Shown here: positions 1 to 8,163 of the stretch, one piece after another | Position numbering within the stretch: the stretch's first letter is position 1 | How the letters are laid out: the number at the start of each line of letters is the position of its first letter | Source: a virus | Direction: 5' to 3' (one strand) | Virus record (IMG/VR): IMGVR_UViG_3300010331_000008 | Length of the DNA stretch: 35,008 nt | Position numbers and translations under genes: made by a program | The notes under the pieces: generated by a model | What the model saw: only the letters and a program-made list of their open reading frames with translations | What the model was told of the DNA's origin: nothing | Databases searched by the model: none

Positions 1-1419
1 CAAGTAGGCGACAGAATAGAAGCCGTCGGAAGTAAAATGCGAGACATCGGCAAAAGTATGACCGCAATGGTAACTTTACCGATAGTCGCAGGCTTCGGTT
101 TAGCTATAAAAGCCGCCTCTGACTTGAATGAAACCCTAAACAAGGTAGATGTTGCCTTTGGCGATCAAGCGAAAAATGTAAAAGACTGGTCTAAAACCTC
201 AATTAAATCAATGGGATTAGCTCAACAGTCAGCCTTAGACGCTGCTTCGCTATTCGGTGATATGAGTACATCAATGGGGTTAAACACTGACGAAGCCGCT
301 AAGATGTCTAAAGGCCTTACACAATTAGGTGGCGACTTAGCATCATTCAAGAACATACAATTTTCAGAAGCTCAGACAGCCTTAGCTGGTGTATTTACTG
401 GCGAAACCGAATCGCTTAAACGCCTGGGTATCGTGATGACAGAAGTAAACCTATTGGAGTTCGCTAAAAGACAGGGTATAACTAAAACAATTCAAGAAAT
501 GACACAGGCTGAAAAGGTACAACTTAGGTATAATTATATATTGAGTGTAACTAAGAACGCACAAGGTGATTTTATTAGGACATCAGACGGTGCAGCTAAC
601 CAAACAAGAATGACTGGCGAACGAGTTAAGCAACTAGCGGCCGACATTGGAGAAAAGTTGTTACCTATATATATCAAGTTACTAGAAGTCGGCAATAAGG
701 TCATAACATGGTTTCAGTCGCTCTCAACAGAACAACAGAACGCTATGTTGATTATCGCAGGAGTAGTCGCTGCTATTGGCCCATTGTTGATAGCCTTTGG
801 GTCTATCGTTACTGCGCTTGGTGGGGTAGGAACGGCTGTCGGAACTGTCAGCACTGCGTACGTTGGTCTAAGTACACTTATCGGAACTCCGTTGATCGTA
901 CCGGCTATCGTAATAACTGCTGCACTAATCGCTATAAAAGAATTACTAGGCTGGTGGAACAAACTACAAAATGACGCACAAACTGGCAAAGATGCAGTAA
1001 TAACAGCTGCTCAGCAAGCCGATAATGCCACTAGACAAAGCTTCAGTAATATAACTAGCAATGCGAATAAAGCAGCAGCAGCCGTTAAAAAAGCTGGCGG
1101 TTCTGGCGGCGCACAGATCAACGCCTATACAGCTACGTTCACTCAAGGCCCAGGAATAAACAAATCAAAGTTCGCCACTGGTGGATTTACTGGTAGAGGT
1201 TCAACCAACGAAGTGGCCGGTATTGTTCACAAAGGCGAGTACGTCATACCGCAAAGTGGGGTTAATCAATCAACTGGACTTCCTAATATAAAAAGTGGTG
1301 GAGATTCAATCTTTAATATGTATGGCACGATAAGTCTTAATGACGCTAGTGCAGTTGACCGTTACTTTGACAGAATAAATGCCCAGAAAGAACTAGGCGG
1401 TTTGGGAGTTGGGGTCTAG
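1..1419 (+). CDS. tape measure protein, C-terminal part; the ORF is open from base 1 and continues in frame from ATG 34823 across the circular junction (about 493 aa in total)
   Basis: Sits after the G/GT chaperone pair and before the distal tail gene. Long helical N-terminal half. Central Gly/Ala/Val/Ile-rich membrane-like segment (LIIAGVVAAIGPLLIAFGSIV...). Bases 1-36 are in frame with 34823-34885. Confidence 0.8.
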   Translation, partial: QVGDRIEAVGSKMRDIGKSMTAMVTLPIVAGFGLAIKAASDLNETLNKVDVAFGDQAKNVKDWSKTSIKSMGLAQQSALDAASLFGDMSTSMGLNTDEAAKMSKGLTQLGGDLASFKNIQFSEAQTALAGVFTGETESLKRLGIVMTEVNLLEFAKRQGITKTIQEMTQAEKVQLRYNYILSVTKNAQGDFIRTSDGAANQTRMTGERVKQLAADIGEKLLPIYIKLLEVGNKVITWFQSLSTEQQNAMLIIAGVVAAIGPLLIAFGSIVTALGGVGTAVGTVSTAYVGLSTLIGTPLIVPAIVITAALIAIKELLGWWNKLQNDAQTGKDAVITAAQQADNATRQSFSNITSNANKAAAAVKKAGGSGGAQINAYTATFTQGPGINKSKFATGGFTGRGSTNEVAGIVHKGEYVIPQSGVNQSTGLPNIKSGGDSIFNMYGTISLNDASAVDRYFDRINAQKELGGLGVGV

Positions 1420-1420
1420 T

Positions 1421-2194
1421 ATGGCTGGTATAACAAGTATCACATTTGATAGTTTTGACTTTGTAGCTCATGGGCTAGTGATTACTAATTTTGACCATTT
1501 AACTTTGCCATCTCGCAATAACCAATTAGAGACTTTAGCCAATGAAGATGGAGCTTTACTGGTTCAATCACAGCTAGGTACTAAACCTATTATCATTGAG
1601 GGTTATTACACAGGCTCTAGCGTGGCTGACGCTCAAAATATGTATGATACGTTAGCTCAAGCCCTAAACCGTCAACAGCGCCCTCTAATCGTGCCACACG
1701 CAGGTGCTAAACGAACTTATATCGCTACGCCACAGAACGTAATCCTTAAACAGCCTGATGGTCTTAATCGTTTAACATTTAGCTTTGAGTTCGTCGTACC
1801 AAAAGGAAGTTCGATTGAATCAGACCGTACTACGATAATCAACACGACTAATACTTTACCAGTAGCAACTATTCCGTTTACAATTCTAGGTTCAGTTACA
1901 GCTCGACCACTAATCACGATGACGTTTAACATTATAGTCGGTGGTACAAGTAAAACAGTTACCATCCGCAATGCTAAAGACTTTATCGGTCTAACCTTAC
2001 AACGGACTTGGTTAACAGGTGATACACTTTCAATCGACTCGGCTAACTTTCAGATATATATTAACGGAGTTCTGACAGTCCCGAGTGGTCGTATGCCTAC
2101 TTGGTCTCCAGGAACAGGCTCGTTATATTATGGCGATACGTTTACCAGTCGATCAGTTTCAATTAGTGCATCATATCAACAAAGTAATCTATAA
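1421..2194 (+). CDS. distal tail protein (Dit)-like
   Basis: ATG at 1421 lies 1 nt after the TMP stop (1417-1419). About 257 aa. This is the canonical siphovirus position directly downstream of the TMP. The track start at 1409 is less likely. Confidence 0.55.
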   Translation: MAGITSITFDSFDFVAHGLVITNFDHLTLPSRNNQLETLANEDGALLVQSQLGTKPIIIEGYYTGSSVADAQNMYDTLAQALNRQQRPLIVPHAGAKRTYIATPQNVILKQPDGLNRLTFSFEFVVPKGSSIESDRTTIINTTNTLPVATIPFTILGSVTARPLITMTFNIIVGGTSKTVTIRNAKDFIGLTLQRTWLTGDTLSIDSANFQIYINGVLTVPSGRMPTWSPGTGSLYYGDTFTSRSVSISASYQQSNL

Positions 2195-2203
2195 AGGAAT
2201 AAT

Positions 2204-2560
2204 ATGTCAGCAACAACACCATTCATCAACTCATTACTAGAAGCAGGATTCAAAGGTACTACCTATACAGGTGGAGTTATTAAACTTAAACTATTTACTG
2301 GCAACTTGCCAAGTTCAGCAGGTGTTGAAGTAACTGGTGGTGGATACGTCGCTCAGACTTTGACATTTGCTAGTGCCAGTGTCAAAAAGATAACCTCGGC
2401 TCAAGTAACTTTCACTAATCTACCAACTACTACAATCGTAGCTTATGGTGTTTACTCAGGGGCTACTTTAATAACCGAGAAACTTATAACCCCATCATTT
2501 ACAGCCGACCTCTCAACCAATGAATTAAAGGTAACCTTTGACTTTAGTCTGAATGCGTAG
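2204..2560 (+). CDS. small tail-associated protein, function unknown
   Basis: AAGGA Shine-Dalgarno (SD) sequence 6 nt upstream of the ATG. Tightly packed between the Dit-like and Tal-like genes. Confidence 0.5.
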   Translation: MSATTPFINSLLEAGFKGTTYTGGVIKLKLFTGNLPSSAGVEVTGGGYVAQTLTFASASVKKITSAQVTFTNLPTTTIVAYGVYSGATLITEKLITPSFTADLSTNELKVTFDFSLNA

Positions 2561-2563
2561 ACT

Positions 2564-4876
2564 ATGGTTCAACTAATAACTAAAACTGGCGCTGGAGCTA
2601 ACTTTCCTGTAGATGGGGAAGTATATGGAAGCTCCTATCCAGATGGGTTGCCTGCTAATGCCCTTGCTGTTGGTGCTGGTTCAGGAGCTATAGTATCCGA
2701 TAATATCATGCGAGTTGAATTACTGGCATCTAGTGTACCTAGCCAATTTAACGAGTTACATCATATTATAATGTGCTTCGATACTACATCTATACCTATC
2801 GGTTCGACTATTACGAACGCCGCTGTAAGTCTTTACTGTGAGTCAAAAGTTAATGGTATGAGTGATATAGCTGCATATTTGGTTAGTGTCACACCATCAT
2901 CTTTTGATAATCTTATCAGCTCCGACTATCCTAAAGTGAATAGTCTTAATGGATCAGTTTATTTCGCATCATATAATTATATCAATGTGGGTACTTATCA
3001 TACATCAAATCTACCGAGTAAAGACTTTTATAGGATAAATACCGGCGGAACTACATCATTTGGCTTAAAAGTGGCGTTCCCTCAATGGGTATCTGGAGCT
3101 AGATCAGGTTTTAGTTTTTATACAGCCGATCAAGGCGCATCTTACGCCCCAACCCTCACAGTCAACTATACGCCACCAGCTACAGTCGCGAGTTTCACTT
3201 CTACGCCAAACTCGCTAAACGCTGGCCAATCGGTTACTTTTGCTGACACTTCAACTAATGTTCCAACATCATGGCTATGGGATTTTGGCGATGGCACGAC
3301 CTCAACGCTTAAAAATCCGACACACGCTTACGCAACTGTTGGCCAATTTACTGTATCTCTAACCGCTACTAATGAGGGTGGTAACAACACAGTTACAAAA
3401 ACAAATCTCATTACAACAACGCTCGAGTCGCATACACTCATATTTTCAGACCTGTCCAGCGGAGCTGACACCCTAATATTAGACTTCCAATCGCAAACAG
3501 GTATATTCTCTGACGAAGCAAACGGTGGTTCTCCGACAGGCGGTGGCGACACACTATACATTTCAACGACCTTCCAATCACTACCTCAAAAAGAATATGA
3601 GTATCGAGTCTTTGATGAAGCTGGTAATTACATAAGTACGTGGCAAGATGTCAAATCAGACTTTAGTTACTCACAACGAGTCAATGAGAATGCCACTGAG
3701 TTAAATGTAATGATTGGCCGTGCGCCAGATAACCGTATTGCTAAACTTGAAGCCTTAAAAGATAAGAACGGTAATGATATTCTTGATAGTAGTTCAACTA
3801 TTATTTATGTATCAACTGAAACAGAAAACTCTGTCGGTGAGGGTACTGATATTAGAGAAAATCTAAACGTCGAAGTCTATTGTTTTTATGGCGGATACGA
3901 AGCCTTAAAAGATAAAAACGGTAACGATATTTTAGACAATCTATCAAATGTCATCTTAACTGGATACGGTAATCCAAACGGTAAACGAGTTTACACAGGT
4001 TATATTGCTGATTATGATTTGACTTATGGTGATGTTACTGGTGTAGATGTAGTTATTGCTCCGTTTGCAACTGAAATGAGCCATTACATTTTCAAGTCCG
4101 GTACGGCTACGACTGTAAATTATGGGTTAACCGACCCTATTGTGATGGCACGTAATGCAATGGATAACTATATCGCTCAAGGTGGTGTAATAACCTACAC
4201 AGCCGAGTCAATGCCGTTATCTGGTGAACAAGCCCCTTACGAGTTCAACCTGCAAACAACTAGAGCCTCAATTGATAAGACAGTTGACCTGTTACCTAGT
4301 GGTTATTATCACTATGTTCACCCTGGCGAAAATGTTCAATACGAACTACAAAAAGCTGTTACGGCTCATCATACATTCTATTATGAGAAACATATCACTC
4401 AATTAAAGCTTAAGAAGTCAATCACACAACTAATTAACAAGGTCTATTTTGTTGGTGGCGAAACTACCCCAGGCGTAAGTTTGTTTAAGTATTACGAAGA
4501 TACTGCGAGTGTAAGTTCACTAAGACCTGGCTTAGAAATACTATCAGATAGTCGTGTCATTGTAGATACATCAGCTTCCATTCTTAGTAATAGAAAAATA
4601 GCCGAGTTCAAAACGGCTCGCTGGCGAACATCTGTCGTTATTACTGATGCCGTTTATGATATTGAAACCATAAAACTAGGGCAGATGGTGGACTTTAAGA
4701 ACTTCGGCACGTTCGCAGATACGTTAGTTTTACAGATTGTTGGGATTGATCGTAAAAAACATAGCGTCAATCTTGACCTCGATATGGTAATCCCAGGTGA
4801 AGCTAAACGGCTAGAGGACTTGAAACGAGCTATATTGTCAGAGCAAATTGCTAACGTCGGTACAACCCCAACTTAA
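2564..4876 (+). CDS. tail tip / Tal-like structural protein with an internal PKD domain
   Basis: Text-book PKD signature (FTSTPNSLNAGQSVTFADTSTNVPTSWLWDFGDGTTSTLKNPTHAYATVGQFTVSLTATNEGG). 770 aa. Positioned after the Dit-like gene. The motif EALKDKNGNDILD occurs twice. Confidence 0.6.
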   Translation: MVQLITKTGAGANFPVDGEVYGSSYPDGLPANALAVGAGSGAIVSDNIMRVELLASSVPSQFNELHHIIMCFDTTSIPIGSTITNAAVSLYCESKVNGMSDIAAYLVSVTPSSFDNLISSDYPKVNSLNGSVYFASYNYINVGTYHTSNLPSKDFYRINTGGTTSFGLKVAFPQWVSGARSGFSFYTADQGASYAPTLTVNYTPPATVASFTSTPNSLNAGQSVTFADTSTNVPTSWLWDFGDGTTSTLKNPTHAYATVGQFTVSLTATNEGGNNTVTKTNLITTTLESHTLIFSDLSSGADTLILDFQSQTGIFSDEANGGSPTGGGDTLYISTTFQSLPQKEYEYRVFDEAGNYISTWQDVKSDFSYSQRVNENATELNVMIGRAPDNRIAKLEALKDKNGNDILDSSSTIIYVSTETENSVGEGTDIRENLNVEVYCFYGGYEALKDKNGNDILDNLSNVILTGYGNPNGKRVYTGYIADYDLTYGDVTGVDVVIAPFATEMSHYIFKSGTATTVNYGLTDPIVMARNAMDNYIAQGGVITYTAESMPLSGEQAPYEFNLQTTRASIDKTVDLLPSGYYHYVHPGENVQYELQKAVTAHHTFYYEKHITQLKLKKSITQLINKVYFVGGETTPGVSLFKYYEDTASVSSLRPGLEILSDSRVIVDTSASILSNRKIAEFKTARWRTSVVITDAVYDIETIKLGQMVDFKNFGTFADTLVLQIVGIDRKKHSVNLDLDMVIPGEAKRLEDLKRAILSEQIANVGTTPT
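3749..3787 (+). repeat. copy 1 of an imperfect 39-bp direct repeat inside the Tal-like gene
   Basis: gaagccttaaaagataagaacggtaatgatattcttgat; the second copy lies 150 bp downstream at 3899-3937. Confidence 0.8.
3899..3937 (+). repeat. copy 2 of the 39-bp direct repeat
   Basis: gaagccttaaaagataaaaacggtaacgatattttagac; both copies encode EALKDKNGNDILD in frame. Confidence 0.8.
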
Positions 4877-4883
4877 TAATTTT

Positions 4884-4895
4884 GTGATACCCTAA
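4884..4895 (+). promoter_or_regulatory. late promoter-like motif L1 (GTGATACCCTAA)
   Basis: One of six near-identical intergenic copies, T-rich upstream, located before the tail-fibre gene. Confidence 0.55.
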
Positions 4896-4954
4896 GCGCA
4901 TAATGACAATAAGCTAAGAAACCCAGATTATTTAATAAGAAAGAGGATAACGTC

Positions 4955-5488
4955 ATAGCAGTAATTAACACATATCCAGATGACACAGTAACAATCGGAA
5001 CCGACAAGCTTTTAACTGTTAATACAGATGGTGCTACGGTTATTACCCCTGTTGATACCTTGAAAGCTTATTTACTTTCTGCTGGTGGAGTAACTAATAC
5101 AGCCCTAGCAGGTGGGATAACTGGCGATAAACTCACTAGTTATAAAGTTCAAAGGCAAAACGACACGACTAATACCACACTTACTGGAGCTAGGATAGAG
5201 ACTGGCTGGGGATGGATACTAGGCACTGGCGGGGTATCTTATGCCGGAGAGAATATCTCATTCTCTACACCTTTTACTGTTGCGCCAATAGTTATCTGTA
5301 GCAATGTTGGCTCTCGTCTTACTACTAACCCGACTCTTATAAGTGACCTTACTAGTCCAGCCGATATGATAATTGAAACGAGTGCTGTCGCCACTGGCGG
5401 ATTCCGCTTAGATATGGAAACTCGTGCAGCTAATAACACTGATGTAAATAAACGATATGGCTACTCATGGATAGCAATTGGTGCTTAA
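4955..5488 (+). CDS. tail fibre / receptor-binding protein with an H-type-lectin-like C-terminal domain; probable non-AUG (ATA) start
   Basis: The frame is open from 4913. A strong AAGAGGA SD sits at 4941-4947, 7 nt before ATA 4955. The upstream extension translates to IAVINTYPDDTVTIGTDKLLTVNTDGATVITPVDTLKAYL, typical of fibre N-termini. The C-terminus (FSTPFTVAPIVICS...ATGGFRLDM...YSWIAIG) resembles H-type lectin. The track start (TTG 5060) has no SD. Confidence 0.5.
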   Translation: MAVINTYPDDTVTIGTDKLLTVNTDGATVITPVDTLKAYLLSAGGVTNTALAGGITGDKLTSYKVQRQNDTTNTTLTGARIETGWGWILGTGGVSYAGENISFSTPFTVAPIVICSNVGSRLTTNPTLISDLTSPADMIIETSAVATGGFRLDMETRAANNTDVNKRYGYSWIAIGA

Positions 5489-5520
5489 TGACACCATATA
5501 AAACAAAAGGAAACAACTAG

Positions 5521-5856
5521 ATGGTATCATCTAAAAGTCAAAAAGAGCTAGAAGAGCCTGTCAAAGGTTACGAACTACAAGCTGTCGCAGATAAGATTGA
5601 TGCTTTTAGAGAATTATACGTAACTAATACAAATACTTTTACTCAGGCTTATATTACTAGGGCTGACCATCATGCTGAATTACAAGATGCCGTCACTGCC
5701 TCGGAAAAAGCTATGGCAATCATTTGTACAGATGTTACCAATCTTAAAACTACGATTGGTAACTTAAAAAAGTTTGGTTATTCTATGGCTCTGCTAGTTG
5801 GTGGGTTGTTAATTAATCTAGTCTGGCAATACATAACGAACTCAGGTAAATTATGA
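5521..5856 (+). CDS. membrane protein with a coiled-coil N-terminus and one C-terminal TM helix (holin-like or fibre-associated)
   Basis: AAAGGAAA SD. C-terminal hydrophobic helix FGYSMALLVGGLLINLVWQYI. Confidence 0.45.
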   Translation: MVSSKSQKELEEPVKGYELQAVADKIDAFRELYVTNTNTFTQAYITRADHHAELQDAVTASEKAMAIICTDVTNLKTTIGNLKKFGYSMALLVGGLLINLVWQYITNSGKL

Positions 5857-6467
5857 AAAAGTTTAGAAAAATAATCATACCAATACTAGTAATTTTATTC
5901 TTCCTGTTTTTAGGTTGGGTTATTTACATAAATAACATTACGATTGATAAACTTCGCTCTGAGGGTAAGCCGTACGTTACTGGTGTTACTACTGTCCCTG
6001 CCGTAGACGGTGATAAGGGTGCAACTGGTGATACTGGTGCAACTGGTCGCAGTCCAACCCCTGCTGAGATAGCTCAATCTGTGGCAGATTACTGTGCTAC
6101 GACTGGCACTTGTGTCGGGCAGATACCAACTCAAGCTGTTGTATTTGCGGCTGTCTCGCAATTCTGTGGTAATAATGCCTGTCAAGGAGTCGCTGGCTTA
6201 AATGCCACACCTGCCGACGTTCAACTAGCTGTTACTGGTTACTGCGATAAAGGGGCGTGTATTGGCCCACAAGGGCTGACTGGCCTAAAGGGTGCTAACG
6301 GTGAAACTCCACAACTACAATGCGTTACACGGCTCGTTACAACGGTTAAAACTAACTTTATAGCGTGGAAACTACCTAGTCAACCAAATACAGCCTATAT
6401 AGATTTATATAAACTTCCAAAATGGGCTGAATGTTTGAACCCTGTTGATTTAACTATAACAATATAA
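5853..6467 (+). CDS. N-terminally membrane-anchored protein with collagen-like Gly-X-Y tracts and three Cys-x4-C-x-G motifs
   Basis: ATGA overlap with the upstream gene. TM helix IIIPILVILFFLFLGWVIYI. Collagen-like tracts GDKGATGDTGATG and GPQGLTGLKGANG. Cys motifs YCATTGTCVG, FCGNNACQG and YCDKGACIG. Confidence 0.45.
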   Translation: MKKFRKIIIPILVILFFLFLGWVIYINNITIDKLRSEGKPYVTGVTTVPAVDGDKGATGDTGATGRSPTPAEIAQSVADYCATTGTCVGQIPTQAVVFAAVSQFCGNNACQGVAGLNATPADVQLAVTGYCDKGACIGPQGLTGLKGANGETPQLQCVTRLVTTVKTNFIAWKLPSQPNTAYIDLYKLPKWAECLNPVDLTITI

Positions 6468-6478
6468 AGGAGTAAACG

Positions 6479-7339
6479 ATGGCTTGGAAACAATTGAGAG
6501 ATGCAAACTGGCGAGTACCTTATGTCGGTGGCTGGTGTCTTAAATACGTGCAAGACGCTTTCGGAACAGACCACCCAGACCCAGATGCTACTAATGCCTG
6601 GAATGATAATTACGGAAATGGCAATCACTACGACCTGCCACCAGTCGGTAAGACTGTACCAGTTTACTTCTCGCTTGGTAACGTACCACAAGGTCACGTG
6701 GCTATCTCATTAGATGATGGTATGGTAGCATCTTCAACTCAAGGTGGCTCTCACCCACAAGGTTATCTACACCCTAACCTTAATGACTTAATCGCTATTT
6801 ATGGAAGATATAACGGTGGTTGTCATTACTTAGGCTGGAGTGAGTTTGTTGGAACAGTCCGAGTAGTAGAGAACGCTACGCCAATGGTTACCACAGCCCA
6901 AGTAAATGAACTTTATCAGACAATCTTAGAGAGGTCACCTGATGTTGCTGGTCTAACTCACTTCGTCGGTCATTATACGTATGACTTTGTTAAAGCTGAC
7001 CTACTAGCCTCTGGCGAACGCAAAACACTACTTTCCAATAAAGCTGCTGCAATCTTAGCCAAACTAACCGCTGATAAAGAGGCTGCTAGACTAGCCGAAG
7101 TCACAAGATTAGCTGAGATAACACGCCTCCAAGAGATTGCCAGACTTGCTGAAGTAGCTAGATTAAAAGCTATAGCTGATGCCAAAGCCATTCAAGACGC
7201 TAAAGACGCTGAGACGGCTCGTATTGCAGCCGAGAAGGCTAAAGCCGATGCTATCGTAGAAGATAACACTCAATTCACTTCGTGGTTGAAAAACCTATTT
7301 ATTATAATCGGTAAGTTTCTTACCAGTTGGAGAAAATAG
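6479..7339 (+). CDS. endolysin: CHAP / NlpC-P60-like cysteine peptidase, a DUF4214-like segment, a coiled-coil repeat and a hydrophobic C-terminus
   Basis: Candidate catalytic Cys (GGWCLKYVQDAFG) and His (QGHVAISLDDG). VNELYQTILERSPDVAGLTHFV resembles DUF4214. Five RLAE(V/I)(T/A) hexads. C-terminal LKNLFIIIGKFLTSW. Lies in the lysis cassette next to the holins. Confidence 0.65.
   Translation: MAWKQLRDANWRVPYVGGWCLKYVQDAFGTDHPDPDATNAWNDNYGNGNHYDLPPVGKTVPVYFSLGNVPQGHVAISLDDGMVASSTQGGSHPQGYLHPNLNDLIAIYGRYNGGCHYLGWSEFVGTVRVVENATPMVTTAQVNELYQTILERSPDVAGLTHFVGHYTYDFVKADLLASGERKTLLSNKAAAILAKLTADKEAARLAEVTRLAEITRLQEIARLAEVARLKAIADAKAIQDAKDAETARIAAEKAKADAIVEDNTQFTSWLKNLFIIIGKFLTSWRK
7088..7177 (+). 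repeat. five tandem 18-bp units, coding, inside the endolysin gene
   Basis: The units encode RLAEVT RLAEIT RLQEIA RLAEVA RLKAIA, in frame. Confidence 0.75.
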
Positions 7340-7340
7340 A

Positions 7341-7475
7341 ATGGTCTATAAGATTTCAATGGTCATTTTTCTAATATCAATCGGTGCAAGTCTAGTCTTT
7401 TCACTACCTTACACAGCATTAATCGCTGGTATCTCGGCTTTTGTCGCTGGTATCGCATTAGTAGTAGGAGCATAA
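7341..7475 (+). CDS. 44-aa double-TM membrane protein (holin/antiholin-like); not in the supplied ORF track
   Basis: GGAG SD 8 nt upstream of ATG 7341. Translation: MVYKISMVIFLISIGASLVFSLPYTALIAGISAFVAGIALVVGA. Fills the gap between the endolysin and the holin. Confidence 0.5.
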   Translation: MVYKISMVIFLISIGASLVFSLPYTALIAGISAFVAGIALVVGA

Positions 7476-7476
7476 T

Positions 7477-7707
7477 ATGTTCACAAAAACATTTTTAATC
7501 GATGCTTTGGAACGTGCAATCAAGACCTTTGCACAGACAATAGTAGCTTTAGTATTAGTCGTAGCCCCAACTATGGGTGAAGAGTTACTAGAGGTTAATT
7601 GGATACCTGTATTAGGAGTAGCTTTTATAGCTGCTGTTATATCAATTTTGACAAGTATTGCTTCATCACTTACTGGAAATAAAAACTCAGCATCGTTGAT
7701 TAAGTAA
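7477..7707 (+). CDS. putative holin
   Basis: AGGAG SD. 76 aa with two TM segments. The N-terminal motif ALERAIKTFAQTIVALV is common in Gram-positive phage holins. Adjacent to the endolysin. Confidence 0.55.
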   Translation: MFTKTFLIDALERAIKTFAQTIVALVLVVAPTMGEELLEVNWIPVLGVAFIAAVISILTSIASSLTGNKNSASLIK

Positions 7708-7910
7708 TGGAACGTATCGGTCAAACCCTCCTAGAGGAAATCGCCTTACTGCCAGAAAAAGACCACCAATACGTTAATATGACTGGGGTATTAGGTATGA
7801 TTGCTACCGAGATGGTCGCTAGAGATGCCCACAATGACTGTTATATTTGTAAGAAAAAAGCTGACGAATATCAGGCTTATTTAGACGGTGGTGAAGACCC
7901 CAGAGACTAA
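7707..7910 (+). CDS. hypothetical protein
   Basis: Start overlaps the holin stop (TAATG). 67 aa. Confidence 0.5.
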   Translation: MERIGQTLLEEIALLPEKDHQYVNMTGVLGMIATEMVARDAHNDCYICKKKADEYQAYLDGGEDPRD

Positions 7911-7911
7911 T

Positions 7912-8160
7912 ATGGAACGAGAACTTCAAAGTCTACCCTTTACCGAACTTGTCGCTTTGAAACTTACCGGCACTCCTGAACAAGCCCATCACGTTGAAAT
8001 GGAAACACGTAGTCGCTATGCAGATTTTAGAGACTACCTAGACCGTTACGACAATCTAACCCCAGACCAAAAATGTGTCGCAGGGAGTTGTCTAAGCTAT
8101 CGCATGGCACTTGGGGCTGTTAATCACGTAGTAACTAACCCATCGGATATTAGGTTCTGA
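7912..8160 (+). CDS. hypothetical protein
   Basis: ATG at 7912 lies directly after the previous stop; preferred over the overlapping track start at 7888. Confidence 0.5.
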   Translation: MERELQSLPFTELVALKLTGTPEQAHHVEMETRSRYADFRDYLDRYDNLTPDQKCVAGSCLSYRMALGAVNHVVTNPSDIRF

Positions 8161-8163
8161 CTT

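Noticed and set aside
1-123. The 123-bp identical ends considered as physical direct terminal repeats of the virion DNA.
   Set aside because: The repeat lies in the middle of the tape-measure ORF, and the ORF reads through the junction in frame. It is most simply an assembly overlap of a circular or circularly permuted genome. The true termini must be determined from the reads.
708-1146. Shadow ORFs inside the tape-measure gene (708-974 +, 714-989 -, 964-1146 -). Similar antisense or alternative-frame ORFs lie inside other long genes, for example 1717-1971, 3328-3561, 5239-5439, 5910-6185, 6395-6697, 6973-7191, 7458-7724, 13888-14070, 16501-16893, 23074-23351, 25264-25776 and 29443-29631.
   Set aside because: Each is fully nested in, or antisense to, a longer ORF with clear phage-protein character. 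None has an SD, and their compositions are skewed and mirror the sense strand.
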